DNA of 64,000 nt from an uncultured Clostridia bacterium. Lineage in GTDB: Bacteria > Bacillota > Clostridia > Christensenellales > Borkfalkiaceae. The stretch spans positions 1,782 to 65,781 of the forward strand of contig CANQKF010000007.1 in assembly GCA_947624445.1 (NCBI GenBank). The letters run 5' to 3'. How positions within the stretch are numbered: the first letter of the stretch is position 1; every line of letters begins with the position of its first letter. A model generated the notes under the pieces. The model did not search any database and was not told the origin of the DNA. It was given only the letters and a program-made list of their open reading frames with translations. The position numbers and the translations under genes were made by a program. Positions 1 to 8,736 of this stretch are shown one piece after another.

Positions 1-1012
1 CGTCCTGCGTGGTTCCCCCCAGGACGTATATAAATTTTCCCGCGGGAACGCGGTATGTCGTCGGCTGGATGCAGAGGGCGGGATACCCTCCGCCGAAGTT
101 GAAGAAGGCCTCCCAATTCGCCTTTTGCGAGGGGGTGTAGCCGCTCATATCGGGCAGGGCGAACTTGGTGTTGTAGAACTGCGTCCACTCCTGCTCGCCG
201 TGGAAGGAGCCCGCCCCCGCGCACTGGAAGCCCACGTTCTTCACGGTGATGAAGGCGTCCTCCGTGCCCGTGTTCGTGACGCGGTAGCCATACCACACCC
301 CGGGATCGATGCCGCCGCTCTGGTGCTCGAAGGTGAAGAACACTTCCCTGCCCGAGACGTCCTGCCGCGTCGTGCAGTGGTTGATGGCATCTTTGAAGTC
401 CGCGAGCGTCTCGGGGGCGTTGCAGTAGACGTAGAGGGTATCGGGGCGCTTGGTGTACTTGATCTCCGCGGGCTGCAAGGGATCGACGGAAGGATCTTCC
501 GAGGTCGTCGCAAAATCCGAGGCGGCGGGCGCCTCGGCGAGCGCAAAGGGCTGGAACGCCTCGTTTTCTTTGGCCGTGACCGTCACCCGCACGAGCTTGT
601 TTTTGGGCGTCACGCGGGCGTAGATTTTCTGCCCCGCCTCGAGGGAAATCTCGAAGGACTCGTTTGCGTCTTTGAGGAGGGCCCCCGCTTCGTCGTAGAG
701 CTCGTAGCGCTCGACCTGCGCGGGTTTGAACTCCACCGTATAGGTATCCGTGAAGGGCACCTTCATGTTGTAGCCGCTGCTGCCTTGCTGCTCGCTCGCC
801 CAGAGGGAGGAGAAGCGGATCTCGGGGAGCGCGGAATACGCCGCAAGATCGAATCCCGTATCGGCGGTCCAGCCGCCCGTACTTCCCGTGCCGCCCGTAC
901 TTCCCGTTCCGCCTGTTCCGCCCGTGCCGCCGACGTCGGTTCCGCCGCCCGTGCAGGCGCAGCACACAAAGAGCGCAAAAGCCGCAGCGCACGCCGCCCA
1001 TTGCTTTTTCAT
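1..1012 (-). CDS. Lipoprotein of unknown function, N-terminal part only (paralog of 1110..2900); runs off the window start
   Basis: My own minus-strand translation from ATG 1012..1010 gives MKKQWAACAAAFALFVCCACTGGG (signal peptide plus lipobox Cys). After that, roughly three quarters of residues are identical by eye to the 1110..2900 product (SSLWASEQQGSS, TFEHQS, VWYGYRVTNTG, EQEWTQFYNTKF). It is absent from the ORF track because it is open at the window edge. Confidence 0.8.
   Translation of the reverse strand, partial: MKKQWAACAAAFALFVCCACTGGGTDVGGTGGTGGTGSTGGTGSTGGWTADTGFDLAAYSALPEIRFSSLWASEQQGSSGYNMKVPFTDTYTVEFKPAQVERYELYDEAGALLKDANESFEISLEAGQKIYARVTPKNKLVRVTVTAKENEAFQPFALAEAPAASDFATTSEDPSVDPLQPAEIKYTKRPDTLYVYCNAPETLADFKDAINHCTTRQDVSGREVFFTFEHQSGGIDPGVWYGYRVTNTGTEDAFITVKNVGFQCAGAGSFHGEQEWTQFYNTKFALPDMSGYTPSQKANWEAFFNFGGGYPALCIQPTTYRVPAGKFIYVLGGTTQD
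872..907. repeat. Perfect 18-bp tandem duplication inside the Gly/Thr linker of the partial lipoprotein
   Basis: gccgcccgtacttcccgt occurs twice back to back (872..889 and 890..907). On the coding strand it encodes a repeated TGSTGG unit that is absent from the paralog. Confidence 0.9.
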
Positions 1013-1109
1013 ACTTACCTCGCTGTATCTTGATTTTTATCGTACTTCGGTCGGATGACAAGGCGCGCATCCCTCACGGGATACGCGCCTTGTTCAAAGG
1101 GGGGGAAAG

Positions 1110-2900
1110 TTACGTCAGTTCCACAGAGTGTCTGACGTAGCCATAGGAATTGGCCATGAGATTATATTCGACGACGAACTGCACCACGCTGTGCGCGGGG
1201 ATCTCCACCGTATAGCTGAAATGCTTATCGATCTCGTCGCCGTACTCGGTGGTTCCGTAGGTGAAATAGAACTTCTCGGTGCCCGCGACGATGTTGCCTT
1301 CGAGATCGCGCACCATGCCGACGAGCGCCCCCGTGGCGCGGGTGTGGACGGTGATCGTCCGCGCGCGGTCGCCTTGGTTGACGAACGTATACAGATCCTG
1401 GTAGTCCTTCATCCAGTTCCCGATGTTGGCGAGCATGCCCCGCGTATCATACCATTCGCAGCCCACCGTGATGGGAAGGCGGTCGGGACCGTAGACGGTG
1501 TGGAAGGATGTCATGTCCGTGCCGACGGCGTCGTGGCAGCCCTGCACGTTGATGTGCGTCGCCCAATAAGTCTGGACCTGTGTGTGTTTATTTGAGGGAA
1601 TGACTGCTCCGGGCGCGCCCGTCTCTTCGAGTTCGTCCGCATAAGAATTCGTGAACGTGACGGGAAGTTCTTCGGTCGCGGGGGTCGCGTCGTTGAAGGT
1701 CCACGTCGCGCTGTTGTCGACGACGAAGCCCTCATCCTCGCCCGCATGGACGACGCCGTAGGCCTCAGGGTCGTTGATCCCGAGATGGGTGTTGCAATAC
1801 GCGCCGCCCGTCTTGATCAGGTCCACCCTGTTGTAGATAAAGAAGGCGCCCTCCGCGCTTCCCGCGACGTCGAACAGCACCGCGCCGTTCTGGCAGTTGC
1901 CGTTGGTCATCGTGTCGGCGGTGTTGAATACGTTGCACCTGCCGAAGGCGTCCAGTGTCGTCCCGCCGAGGACATAGATGTACTTTCCCGCGGGGATGCG
2001 GTACGTCGTCGGCTGGGTGTAGGGAACGGGGTATGTCCCCGAAAAATTGAAGTACGCCTCCCAGTTTTTCCGCTGCGAAGCGGTGAGATCGCGCAGATCG
2101 GGCATGCCGAATTTGGTGTTGTAGAACTGCGTCCACTCCTGCTCGCCGTGATAGGAGCCCGCGCCCGAGACCTGGAAGCCGATGTTCTTCACGGTGATGA
2201 AGGCGTCCTCTTTGCCCGTGTTCGTGACGCGGTAGCCATACCACACGCCCGGGGCGATCCCGTCGCTCTGGTGCTCGAAAGTGAAGAACACTTCCCTGTC
2301 CGAGATATCCTGGCGGGTGATGCACCGGTTGACCGCCTGCGGGCCCTGATAGACCGCTTCTGGCGCATTGCAGTAGACGTAGAGAGTATTCGGCCGCTTG
2401 ACGTATTCGATCTCCGCAGGCCGCAGGGGATCGGCGGAGGGATCCGCCGAGGTCGTCGCAAAATCCGAGGCGGCGGGCGCTTCGGCGAGCGCAAAGGGCT
2501 GGAGCGCCCTGTTTTCCTTGGGCGTGACCGTGACCCGCACGATCTTGCTCCTTGGCGTCACGCAGGCGTAGACCTTCTGCCCCGCCTCGAGGGAGATCTC
2601 GAAGGACGACTTCGCGTCCTTGAGAAGGGCCCCCGTATCGTCGTAGAGCTCGTAGCGCTCGACCTGCGTGGGCTTGAACTCCACCGTGTAGGTATCCGTG
2701 AAGGGCACGCGCATGTGATACTTGCTGCTGCCCTGCTGTTCGCTCGCCCAGAGCGAGGAGAAGCGGATCTCGGGGAGAGAGGCGTAGGCCGAAAGATCGA
2801 TGGTATCCGCAGTGCCGACGTCTGTGCTTCCGCCGCCCGTGCAGGCACAACAGGCAAAGAGCGCAAAAGCCGCAGCGCACGCCGCCCATTTCCTCGCCAT
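1110..2900 (-). CDS. Lipoprotein of unknown function (tandem paralog)
   Basis: ORF 1110..2915. I moved the start to ATG 2900 (MARKWAACAAAFALFACCACTGGGS) because it aligns with the paralog start, and the upstream codons ATGAGGAGGAAGGCT are themselves the Shine-Dalgarno sequence. Lipobox Cys is present. I recognise no catalytic motif. Confidence 0.8.
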   Translation of the reverse strand: MARKWAACAAAFALFACCACTGGGSTDVGTADTIDLSAYASLPEIRFSSLWASEQQGSSKYHMRVPFTDTYTVEFKPTQVERYELYDDTGALLKDAKSSFEISLEAGQKVYACVTPRSKIVRVTVTPKENRALQPFALAEAPAASDFATTSADPSADPLRPAEIEYVKRPNTLYVYCNAPEAVYQGPQAVNRCITRQDISDREVFFTFEHQSDGIAPGVWYGYRVTNTGKEDAFITVKNIGFQVSGAGSYHGEQEWTQFYNTKFGMPDLRDLTASQRKNWEAYFNFSGTYPVPYTQPTTYRIPAGKYIYVLGGTTLDAFGRCNVFNTADTMTNGNCQNGAVLFDVAGSAEGAFFIYNRVDLIKTGGAYCNTHLGINDPEAYGVVHAGEDEGFVVDNSATWTFNDATPATEELPVTFTNSYADELEETGAPGAVIPSNKHTQVQTYWATHINVQGCHDAVGTDMTSFHTVYGPDRLPITVGCEWYDTRGMLANIGNWMKDYQDLYTFVNQGDRARTITVHTRATGALVGMVRDLEGNIVAGTEKFYFTYGTTEYGDEIDKHFSYTVEIPAHSVVQFVVEYNLMANSYGYVRHSVELT

Positions 2901-2927
2901 AGCCTTCCTCCTCATATGACACTACCC

Positions 2928-2955
2928 ATTATACAGATTTTCGGCGGCTTGTCAA
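2928..2955 (-). promoter_or_regulatory. Sigma-A-type promoter for the lipoprotein gene
   Basis: Minus strand reads TTGACA (2955..2950), a 16-nt spacer, then TATAAT (2933..2928). A-tracts lie further upstream on the minus strand (UP-element-like). Confidence 0.6.
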
Positions 2956-3029
2956 GCGAATTTGAAAAAAAGTTTTTTCTTTTTCGGGATTTTTTTCTTT
3001 TTTCGTAAAATTTTGCGGAAAATTTTTTG

Positions 3030-3052
3030 ATATTGAAAAATGTTTTCAATAT
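3030..3052. promoter_or_regulatory. A/T-only perfect palindrome (10-bp arms, 3-nt centre)
   Basis: ATATTGAAAA-ATG-TTTTCAATAT lies between the GH43 stop and the lipoprotein promoter. No adjacent U-run on the minus strand, so it is not a clear terminator. Confidence 0.4.
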
Positions 3053-3124
3053 TTGTTGTGTCCCGCGGCAAGAAGTTCCCCCGAAGCGCAACTGCCTCGG
3101 GGGAGTGGAAAAAGAACGCGAAAT

Positions 3125-4630
3125 TCAGATGTGGTTGGTGCTGACGAGGTGGAACGCCATGCCCGTCGTCTTTCCCATCGCGCTCACGGTGAGCCCCGCC
3201 GCGTTCCTGTGGTCGATCCACGCGGGCATCACGACGCCGAGATATTCGTCGCCGCCCGTCTCGATCGCGATATAGCGGTCGCCGTACATGCGCCAGCTGC
3301 CCGTATACGCGCCCGTCATGGTGCCGTCGGCGCGGAGCACGACGCGCTTCGCCTCCACCGTGTTGGTGCCCTGCGAAAAGCGCACCGCCTCGAACTTGCC
3401 CGCGGAGATATTGAGCAGCTCCTCCGCCGTCACGGGCTGGATCTCCTCCCCCGCATAGCGGTTGGCGTTCATCACGAGCCGCCCGTCCGAATTGAAATCA
3501 TACTGCCCGAGATAGAGGTAGTGGAAGTTGGCGGAGCGGGAGAGCCCGCGCTCGATGAAGTAATTCGTGCGGCAGTGATAGGAGATCAGTTTGGTCCCCC
3601 GTGAGGTCACGAACATGTCGTTGTGACCGGGGCAGAAGAAGTCCACCGGGGCGTCCTCCCAGCGGAAGGAGCCGAGCACCTTGTCGCCCGTGCCGATATC
3701 CGTGGAGCAGACGAGTTCGTTGCCGTTGACGTCGAGATAGGGTCCCTCGGGGCGTTCGCTCCTGCCGCAACGGATGTTGTAGACGGAGGAGAGCGAACCG
3801 TAGGAGCACATGAGGTAGTAGAAGGACTTTTTGACCCACTTCCCGTGTTCGAGCACGGGGACGTCCTTGTGGTAGTGCACGACGCCGCCCTCGAGCGAAC
3901 CGCGCGCAAGGGGGGTGCCGTAGTAGGCGGAAAAGCCGATCTTCCCCGCCGCAAAATCGGCATACGTATACCCGTCTTTGCGCAGTCCCGTCGCGGGATC
4001 CAGCTCGATGAGATGGATGCCGAGCCCGTAGGAACCGTAGACGAGGAAGGCCCGCCCCTCGGCTTCGAAGAACTGCGGATCGATCGCGTTGGGCGTGCGC
4101 CAGCCCGCGGGCGAGCGCAGGATGAGCCCCACGCACGTGAACGGACCGAGCGGGTCCTCCGACTTCGCGAGCCCGATGCACGATTTGGAGCCGCCGAAAT
4201 AGCCCGTGAGGCAGAAGTAGAGCCAAAACTTGCCGTCCGTCCCGCGGACGCAGTGGGGCGCCCAGAACGCCATGCTGCCGTCGGTGCGCGTGCATACGCC
4301 GTAGCCCACCTCATGGGCGGAGGTCACGCACCAATCGTAAGCCGCCTGCAAGTTGCCGTAGTTGCCGTTGCCCTCGCCGCGCTTGTAGTGGGGCGCCGTA
4401 TCCGCCATCGCGAACGCCGAGCCCGCATATTCCCAATGCAGAAGATCGTCGCTCACGCGGATCTGGTAGCCCCCGGGCGCGCCGAACGTATCGGTCGAAT
4501 AGGCGTAGTATTTGCCCTCCCACTCGAGGAGGGAAGGGTCGTGCGCGCAGCCCTCCTGCCAGAGCGTGTAGTCGGGCGTGCGCATCTGAAGTTTGTTGAA
4601 ATGCGGATTTTTCGGATACTTTATCGCCAT
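3125..4630 (-). CDS. Glycoside hydrolase family 43 (arabinanase/xylosidase-like), cytoplasmic
   Basis: Contains HDPSLLEWEGKYYAYSTD and VSDDLLHWEY, typical of the GH43 propeller. Start set at ATG 4630 (MAIKYP) after a GGGGGGA tract; the upstream part of the track ORF is Arg-rich junk. No signal peptide. Confidence 0.8.
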   Translation of the reverse strand: MAIKYPKNPHFNKLQMRTPDYTLWQEGCAHDPSLLEWEGKYYAYSTDTFGAPGGYQIRVSDDLLHWEYAGSAFAMADTAPHYKRGEGNGNYGNLQAAYDWCVTSAHEVGYGVCTRTDGSMAFWAPHCVRGTDGKFWLYFCLTGYFGGSKSCIGLAKSEDPLGPFTCVGLILRSPAGWRTPNAIDPQFFEAEGRAFLVYGSYGLGIHLIELDPATGLRKDGYTYADFAAGKIGFSAYYGTPLARGSLEGGVVHYHKDVPVLEHGKWVKKSFYYLMCSYGSLSSVYNIRCGRSERPEGPYLDVNGNELVCSTDIGTGDKVLGSFRWEDAPVDFFCPGHNDMFVTSRGTKLISYHCRTNYFIERGLSRSANFHYLYLGQYDFNSDGRLVMNANRYAGEEIQPVTAEELLNISAGKFEAVRFSQGTNTVEAKRVVLRADGTMTGAYTGSWRMYGDRYIAIETGGDEYLGVVMPAWIDHRNAAGLTVSAMGKTTGMAFHLVSTNHI

Positions 4631-4694
4631 ATGTCCCCCCATGAACGTACCGAAAGCGCGCCGCCCGAAGGCGGCGCGCCGCGATGTTTCTCGT

Positions 4695-6173
4695 TTATGC
4701 CTGCGTGCGCGCCGCGCTGTTCGCCCAGAGCGCTCTGCCGTTTTGCTGCGTCGAAGTCGACATCGCCGTGATCGAGAGCACGGGCGCCGATTTATAGGCG
4801 CACCACTGCGGCACCACGACGCCCTCATAGGTCGCCGTGCCGAGCGTCACGGTGATATCGTAGCCGTTCTCGGCGAGCTTCCAGCTGCCGCCCGCGCCGC
4901 CCGTGATCGTGCCGTCCGCGTTGAAGGTATAGGAAACGGATTCAGCGAAGGTCTGCTGGGTCCCCACGGTGTGCTCGATGATATCGTATTGCCCCGCAAT
5001 GTCCTCCGCTGGCACGACGCCGAGGCTCTCCCCGACATAGCGGTTGGGCGCCAAAACGGGCCAGCCGTCCTTGTTGAAGAAGAGCTGGCGGGTCTCAAGA
5101 TGATGCCCTGCCGTAACGTTGCCGCTGCCCTCTTCCTCGCGCGCATGGTGCACGACGATATACTTGCCGTCTACCTTGATGACGGAGTTGTGCCCGAGCG
5201 CCGCGGCGCCCTTCGCCATGCCGTCGAAGCGGTAGTTCCCCGCGAGCTTGTTGCCGCCGCCCCCCTGCGACGCCATGTTGGCGCCCGTGATGTCCTCATA
5301 AGGCCCGTCGGGCGATTTGCTCCGCGCGACGTTCATGTTGTAGTTCGTCATGAGGCTCCCGTAGGAGATCATCATGTAGTAGTAATCAGTCTCCGCGTTG
5401 TAGAAGATGAAGGGCCCTTCGCAGTTATCGGAGCCTCTCCACACGGGCTTGCCGAGATAATCCTCGGCCTCGGGATCGGAGACAACGGGAAGCCCCGCGT
5501 TCTTGCCCGTCGCATAGAGCTCTTTGACGTAGAGATTGCCGAATGCGGAGCCGTAAACCATCCACAGCTTGCCCTCCTTATCGTAGAAGAGCTCGGGGTC
5601 GATGGCGTTGGACTTGCCGCTGCCGTCCGAACGGACGATGACCTGCTCGTTGGTGAAGGGGCCGATGGGGCTATCCGCCTCCACGCGGACGATGATCGAC
5701 TTGCTCGAACCGAAGCCCGAAGTCATGGAGACGTACATGTAGTACTTCCCTTCGATATATTCGACGTCGGGCGCCCACGTGTCGCTCGCGCCGCCGTTCG
5801 TCCATTCGTTGCCCTGCGTGAGGACATCGGTCGCCTTCTTGCCGTTTCCGTAGATGTATTCCTGCTCGCCATCGCGCGCTTTCTGCGTCCACGTGATGAG
5901 GTCGGGGCTCGTCGCCACATTGAAGTGGGTGCCGAAGGCATAGAACTGCCCCGAGACGGGATCGCGGAACACGGAAGGATCGTGCACCATCACCGAGCCG
6001 AACTCTTTGCGCTCGGGCAGCACGTATGCCGCGGTGGGCGCGTCGTACTTTTTCAGCCATTCTTCGCTGCCGTGGAACGACGTACCGCCGCCGGCGCCGC
6101 CGTTGCAGCCTGCGACCGCGAGCAACAGCGCCGAAGCGAGCGCGACCGAAACTGCAGGGATAAATTTCTTCAT
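4695..6173 (-). CDS. Glycoside hydrolase family 43, exported lipoprotein
   Basis: Start at ATG 6173 after GGGAGGAAAACC. MKKFIPAVSVALASALLLAVAGCNGG is a signal peptide plus lipobox. VHDPSVFRDPVSGQFYAFGTH and SPDLITW are GH43 motifs. Confidence 0.8.
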   Translation of the reverse strand: MKKFIPAVSVALASALLLAVAGCNGGAGGGTSFHGSEEWLKKYDAPTAAYVLPERKEFGSVMVHDPSVFRDPVSGQFYAFGTHFNVATSPDLITWTQKARDGEQEYIYGNGKKATDVLTQGNEWTNGGASDTWAPDVEYIEGKYYMYVSMTSGFGSSKSIIVRVEADSPIGPFTNEQVIVRSDGSGKSNAIDPELFYDKEGKLWMVYGSAFGNLYVKELYATGKNAGLPVVSDPEAEDYLGKPVWRGSDNCEGPFIFYNAETDYYYMMISYGSLMTNYNMNVARSKSPDGPYEDITGANMASQGGGGNKLAGNYRFDGMAKGAAALGHNSVIKVDGKYIVVHHAREEEGSGNVTAGHHLETRQLFFNKDGWPVLAPNRYVGESLGVVPAEDIAGQYDIIEHTVGTQQTFAESVSYTFNADGTITGGAGGSWKLAENGYDITVTLGTATYEGVVVPQWCAYKSAPVLSITAMSTSTQQNGRALWANSAARTQA

Positions 6174-6357
6174 GGTTTTCCTCCCCCAAAATGATCTATC
6201 TCCATTATATATCATCCGCGCGGATTTTTCAAGAAGATTTTATGATTTTTCTTCCGCCGCGGGAAATTTTCTGCGCGCAGAGCGCCCCGCCGCCCCTTCC
6301 GCAGGGCGCAAAAAAAGACGGAACGCAAAGCGCGCTCCGCCCTTTTTTGTTTTCCGC

Positions 6358-7425
6358 TTATTCCTTGGAACCCGTGAGCATCAAGGATCCGATGATGAGC
6401 TTCTGGAAGCAAGCAAACAGGATCATGACGGGAAGGACGCAGAGCACGGACGCCGCGATCGCGGGCGCCATGTTCTCGCCGAGGTTCTTGGTCAGCAAAT
6501 ACATTGCGTGCGGCAGGTTGATCATCGAGGACGTGTTCGGATCGATCATGATGAAGGAACCCATGTAGTTGTTCCAGCAGCCCATGAACGAGAGCAGCGC
6601 CTGCGCCATGATCGCGGGCATCGCAAGAGGCAGGATGAACTGCACGAAGATGCGGAAGTAGCCCGCGCCGTCGATCTTCGCCGCCTCGATGATGGAGGTG
6701 GGAAGCCCGAACAGGAACTGACGGATGAAGAACGCCGTCATGATGGAGCCGAACATACCCGGGATGATGAGGCAGAGGCCGTTGGCGCGCCAGTGCATAT
6801 CATTGTACATGACGAACTGCGTACACATGATCGAGGGACCGGGGACCATGACCGCCGCGAGCAGGACGAAGAACACCGCGTTCCTGCCGATCCACTGGAT
6901 CTTCGAGAATGCGAACGCCGCGGAAGCCGACGTGATGACGCCGACGGCGACGGGAACGACCGAATAGAGCAGGTTGTTCGCGATCGCGATCCAATAGCTG
7001 TAGACCTGCGGCATGCCGTTCGAACCGCCCTGGAAGCCGCTCGTGAACAGCCACGTGTAGTTGTAGAACAGGTTGCCGCCCGTCTGCGCTTCGGGGCTCA
7101 ACGTCGTGAATTCGGGCCACCACACGAGGCGGTTGAACATATCCGTCGCGCCCGTGAAGCCCGAGGTCATTGCGAACGATCCCGCGACCATCCACCAGAA
7201 CGGATACACCATAAGGAAGGCGCCGAACAGAAGGACGATGTAGGTGACGATATCCGCAACGAGCTTTGCGCGCTTCTTGCTGGCGCGGTGCGTCCTCGTC
7301 GAGAAGCCGAAGAAGGCACAGAAGGCGCCCCAGCCGTAGCGAAGCGGCGAGTAGTAAGCACGGATCTCTTCCTGGCTTGCGGAGCCGGGAAGCGGTGCAT
7401 CGGGATTGGTACCGTATTTAGCCAT
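6358..7425 (-). CDS. Carbohydrate ABC transporter permease
   Basis: Start at ATG 7425 after AAGGAGGGGAAGAAA. Multi-pass membrane protein with the EAA-loop motif IIEAAKIDGAGYFRIF. Confidence 0.85.
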   Translation of the reverse strand: MAKYGTNPDAPLPGSASQEEIRAYYSPLRYGWGAFCAFFGFSTRTHRASKKRAKLVADIVTYIVLLFGAFLMVYPFWWMVAGSFAMTSGFTGATDMFNRLVWWPEFTTLSPEAQTGGNLFYNYTWLFTSGFQGGSNGMPQVYSYWIAIANNLLYSVVPVAVGVITSASAAFAFSKIQWIGRNAVFFVLLAAVMVPGPSIMCTQFVMYNDMHWRANGLCLIIPGMFGSIMTAFFIRQFLFGLPTSIIEAAKIDGAGYFRIFVQFILPLAMPAIMAQALLSFMGCWNNYMGSFIMIDPNTSSMINLPHAMYLLTKNLGENMAPAIAASVLCVLPVMILFACFQKLIIGSLMLTGSKE

Positions 7426-7438
7426 TTTCTTCCCCTCC

Positions 7439-8656
7439 TTAATCCTTATTGCGGCTGTCAAGCCAGAACTGGAACAGCGTCAGGATCGCGATCATCACGG
7501 CGAGCACCATGCCGTAGGCAGCGCCCGCAGAGGCATATGCGTTGCCGAGACGGGTGTTGATACCGTAGTCCCAAATCAGCGAAACGTAGCCCGAGGTGAG
7601 CCAGCTCTCGCCGTTGTTGAGGAGGACGGGCTCTGCATAGATCTGCATGCCGCCGATGACGGAAGTGACGATGTTGTAGAAGATGACGGGGTAGAGGTCG
7701 GGCATCGTGACCTTCCAGAAGATCTGCCAGCCGTTCGCGCCGTCGATCTGCGCGGCTTCCTTGGTCGCCGCATTCACGCCCGAAAGACCTGCAACGTAGA
7801 GGATGATCGTGCCGCCCAGGCCCTTCCAGACCGACATGATGATGATGACGAGCTTGGTGAAGATGCCCTGGCACCAGAACGGGTTGGTGTAGAAGTCGCC
7901 CGTCTTTTTGCCCGCGCCCGGAATGAGTTCGCCCCATACCTGCGCACGCGTCGCGCCTTGGTCCATCCAGCGGAAGCCCGTATCTTCGCCCGCAAGCCCG
8001 AGGATCTGGTTGATGACGCCCGTCTCCTTGAACATGATCTTGAAGGTGTAGACGATCGCGATCGTCGAAGCGACGCAGGGGAGATAGTAGAGCACGCGGA
8101 ACACGTTGCCGCCCTTGATGTCGCGGGACATGCACACCGCGAAGAACATCGAGAGAATCATACCGATCGGGATACCGATCATGTAGAACACCGTGTTGAA
8201 GAGATAGTAACCCATCTCATTGTAAGTGACGTTGAACGAAGTATTCGTTTCCGTATGCGTGAATACGCGGCGGTACCACCAGAAGAGATCGGGCCTGCCG
8301 ATCAGCCCGTCTGAACCGTACACGGGGAGCCCGTTCGCATCCAAACTCGTATCGCGGGGGAGTTTCCATCCGCCCGAGAAGAGGTACTCCATCATGGACT
8401 GCGAAGTACCGAGGTTGTAGTTTGTGAACGAGAGCAGGAGCGCGAGGATGAGCGCGACGTAAACGAACCACACCGTGCCGACGATCAGGGGAAGGCAGAA
8501 CAGCCAGCCCCAGATGTTATCCTGCAACTTTTGCTGGTTGATGGGTTTCTTCTGTTTGGTCTTGGGAACCGCTTCCGTGGCGTATGCGGCGTCGGTAACG
8601 ACGGCACCCGATTCGATCGCGCTCTCCTCGGCTTCCATGGTTACTTGTTCTTCCAT
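7439..8656 (-). CDS. Carbohydrate ABC transporter permease
   Basis: Start at ATG 8656 (MEEQV) after AAGGAGGGAATAAC. EAA-loop motif KEAAQIDGANGWQIFWKV; multi-pass. Confidence 0.85.
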   Translation of the reverse strand: MEEQVTMEAEESAIESGAVVTDAAYATEAVPKTKQKKPINQQKLQDNIWGWLFCLPLIVGTVWFVYVALILALLLSFTNYNLGTSQSMMEYLFSGGWKLPRDTSLDANGLPVYGSDGLIGRPDLFWWYRRVFTHTETNTSFNVTYNEMGYYLFNTVFYMIGIPIGMILSMFFAVCMSRDIKGGNVFRVLYYLPCVASTIAIVYTFKIMFKETGVINQILGLAGEDTGFRWMDQGATRAQVWGELIPGAGKKTGDFYTNPFWCQGIFTKLVIIIMSVWKGLGGTIILYVAGLSGVNAATKEAAQIDGANGWQIFWKVTMPDLYPVIFYNIVTSVIGGMQIYAEPVLLNNGESWLTSGYVSLIWDYGINTRLGNAYASAGAAYGMVLAVMIAILTLFQFWLDSRNKD

Positions 8657-8736
8657 GTTATTCCCTCCTTGTTTTTTTCCCGCGGTCCCGTCCCGCACCC
8701 GCGGGCGCGGGACGGATGTTCACGGGTTTGCGCGGA

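Noticed and set aside
125-1033. 302-aa plus-strand ORF, and the similar 1746..3008 ORF
   Set aside because: They are antisense shadows of the two paralogous lipoprotein genes. Their mutual similarity simply mirrors the duplication.
8262-8285. TGGTGGTACCGCCGCG on the minus strand, resembling the conserved T-box motif
   Set aside because: It lies inside the permease coding sequence, with no specifier or terminator context.
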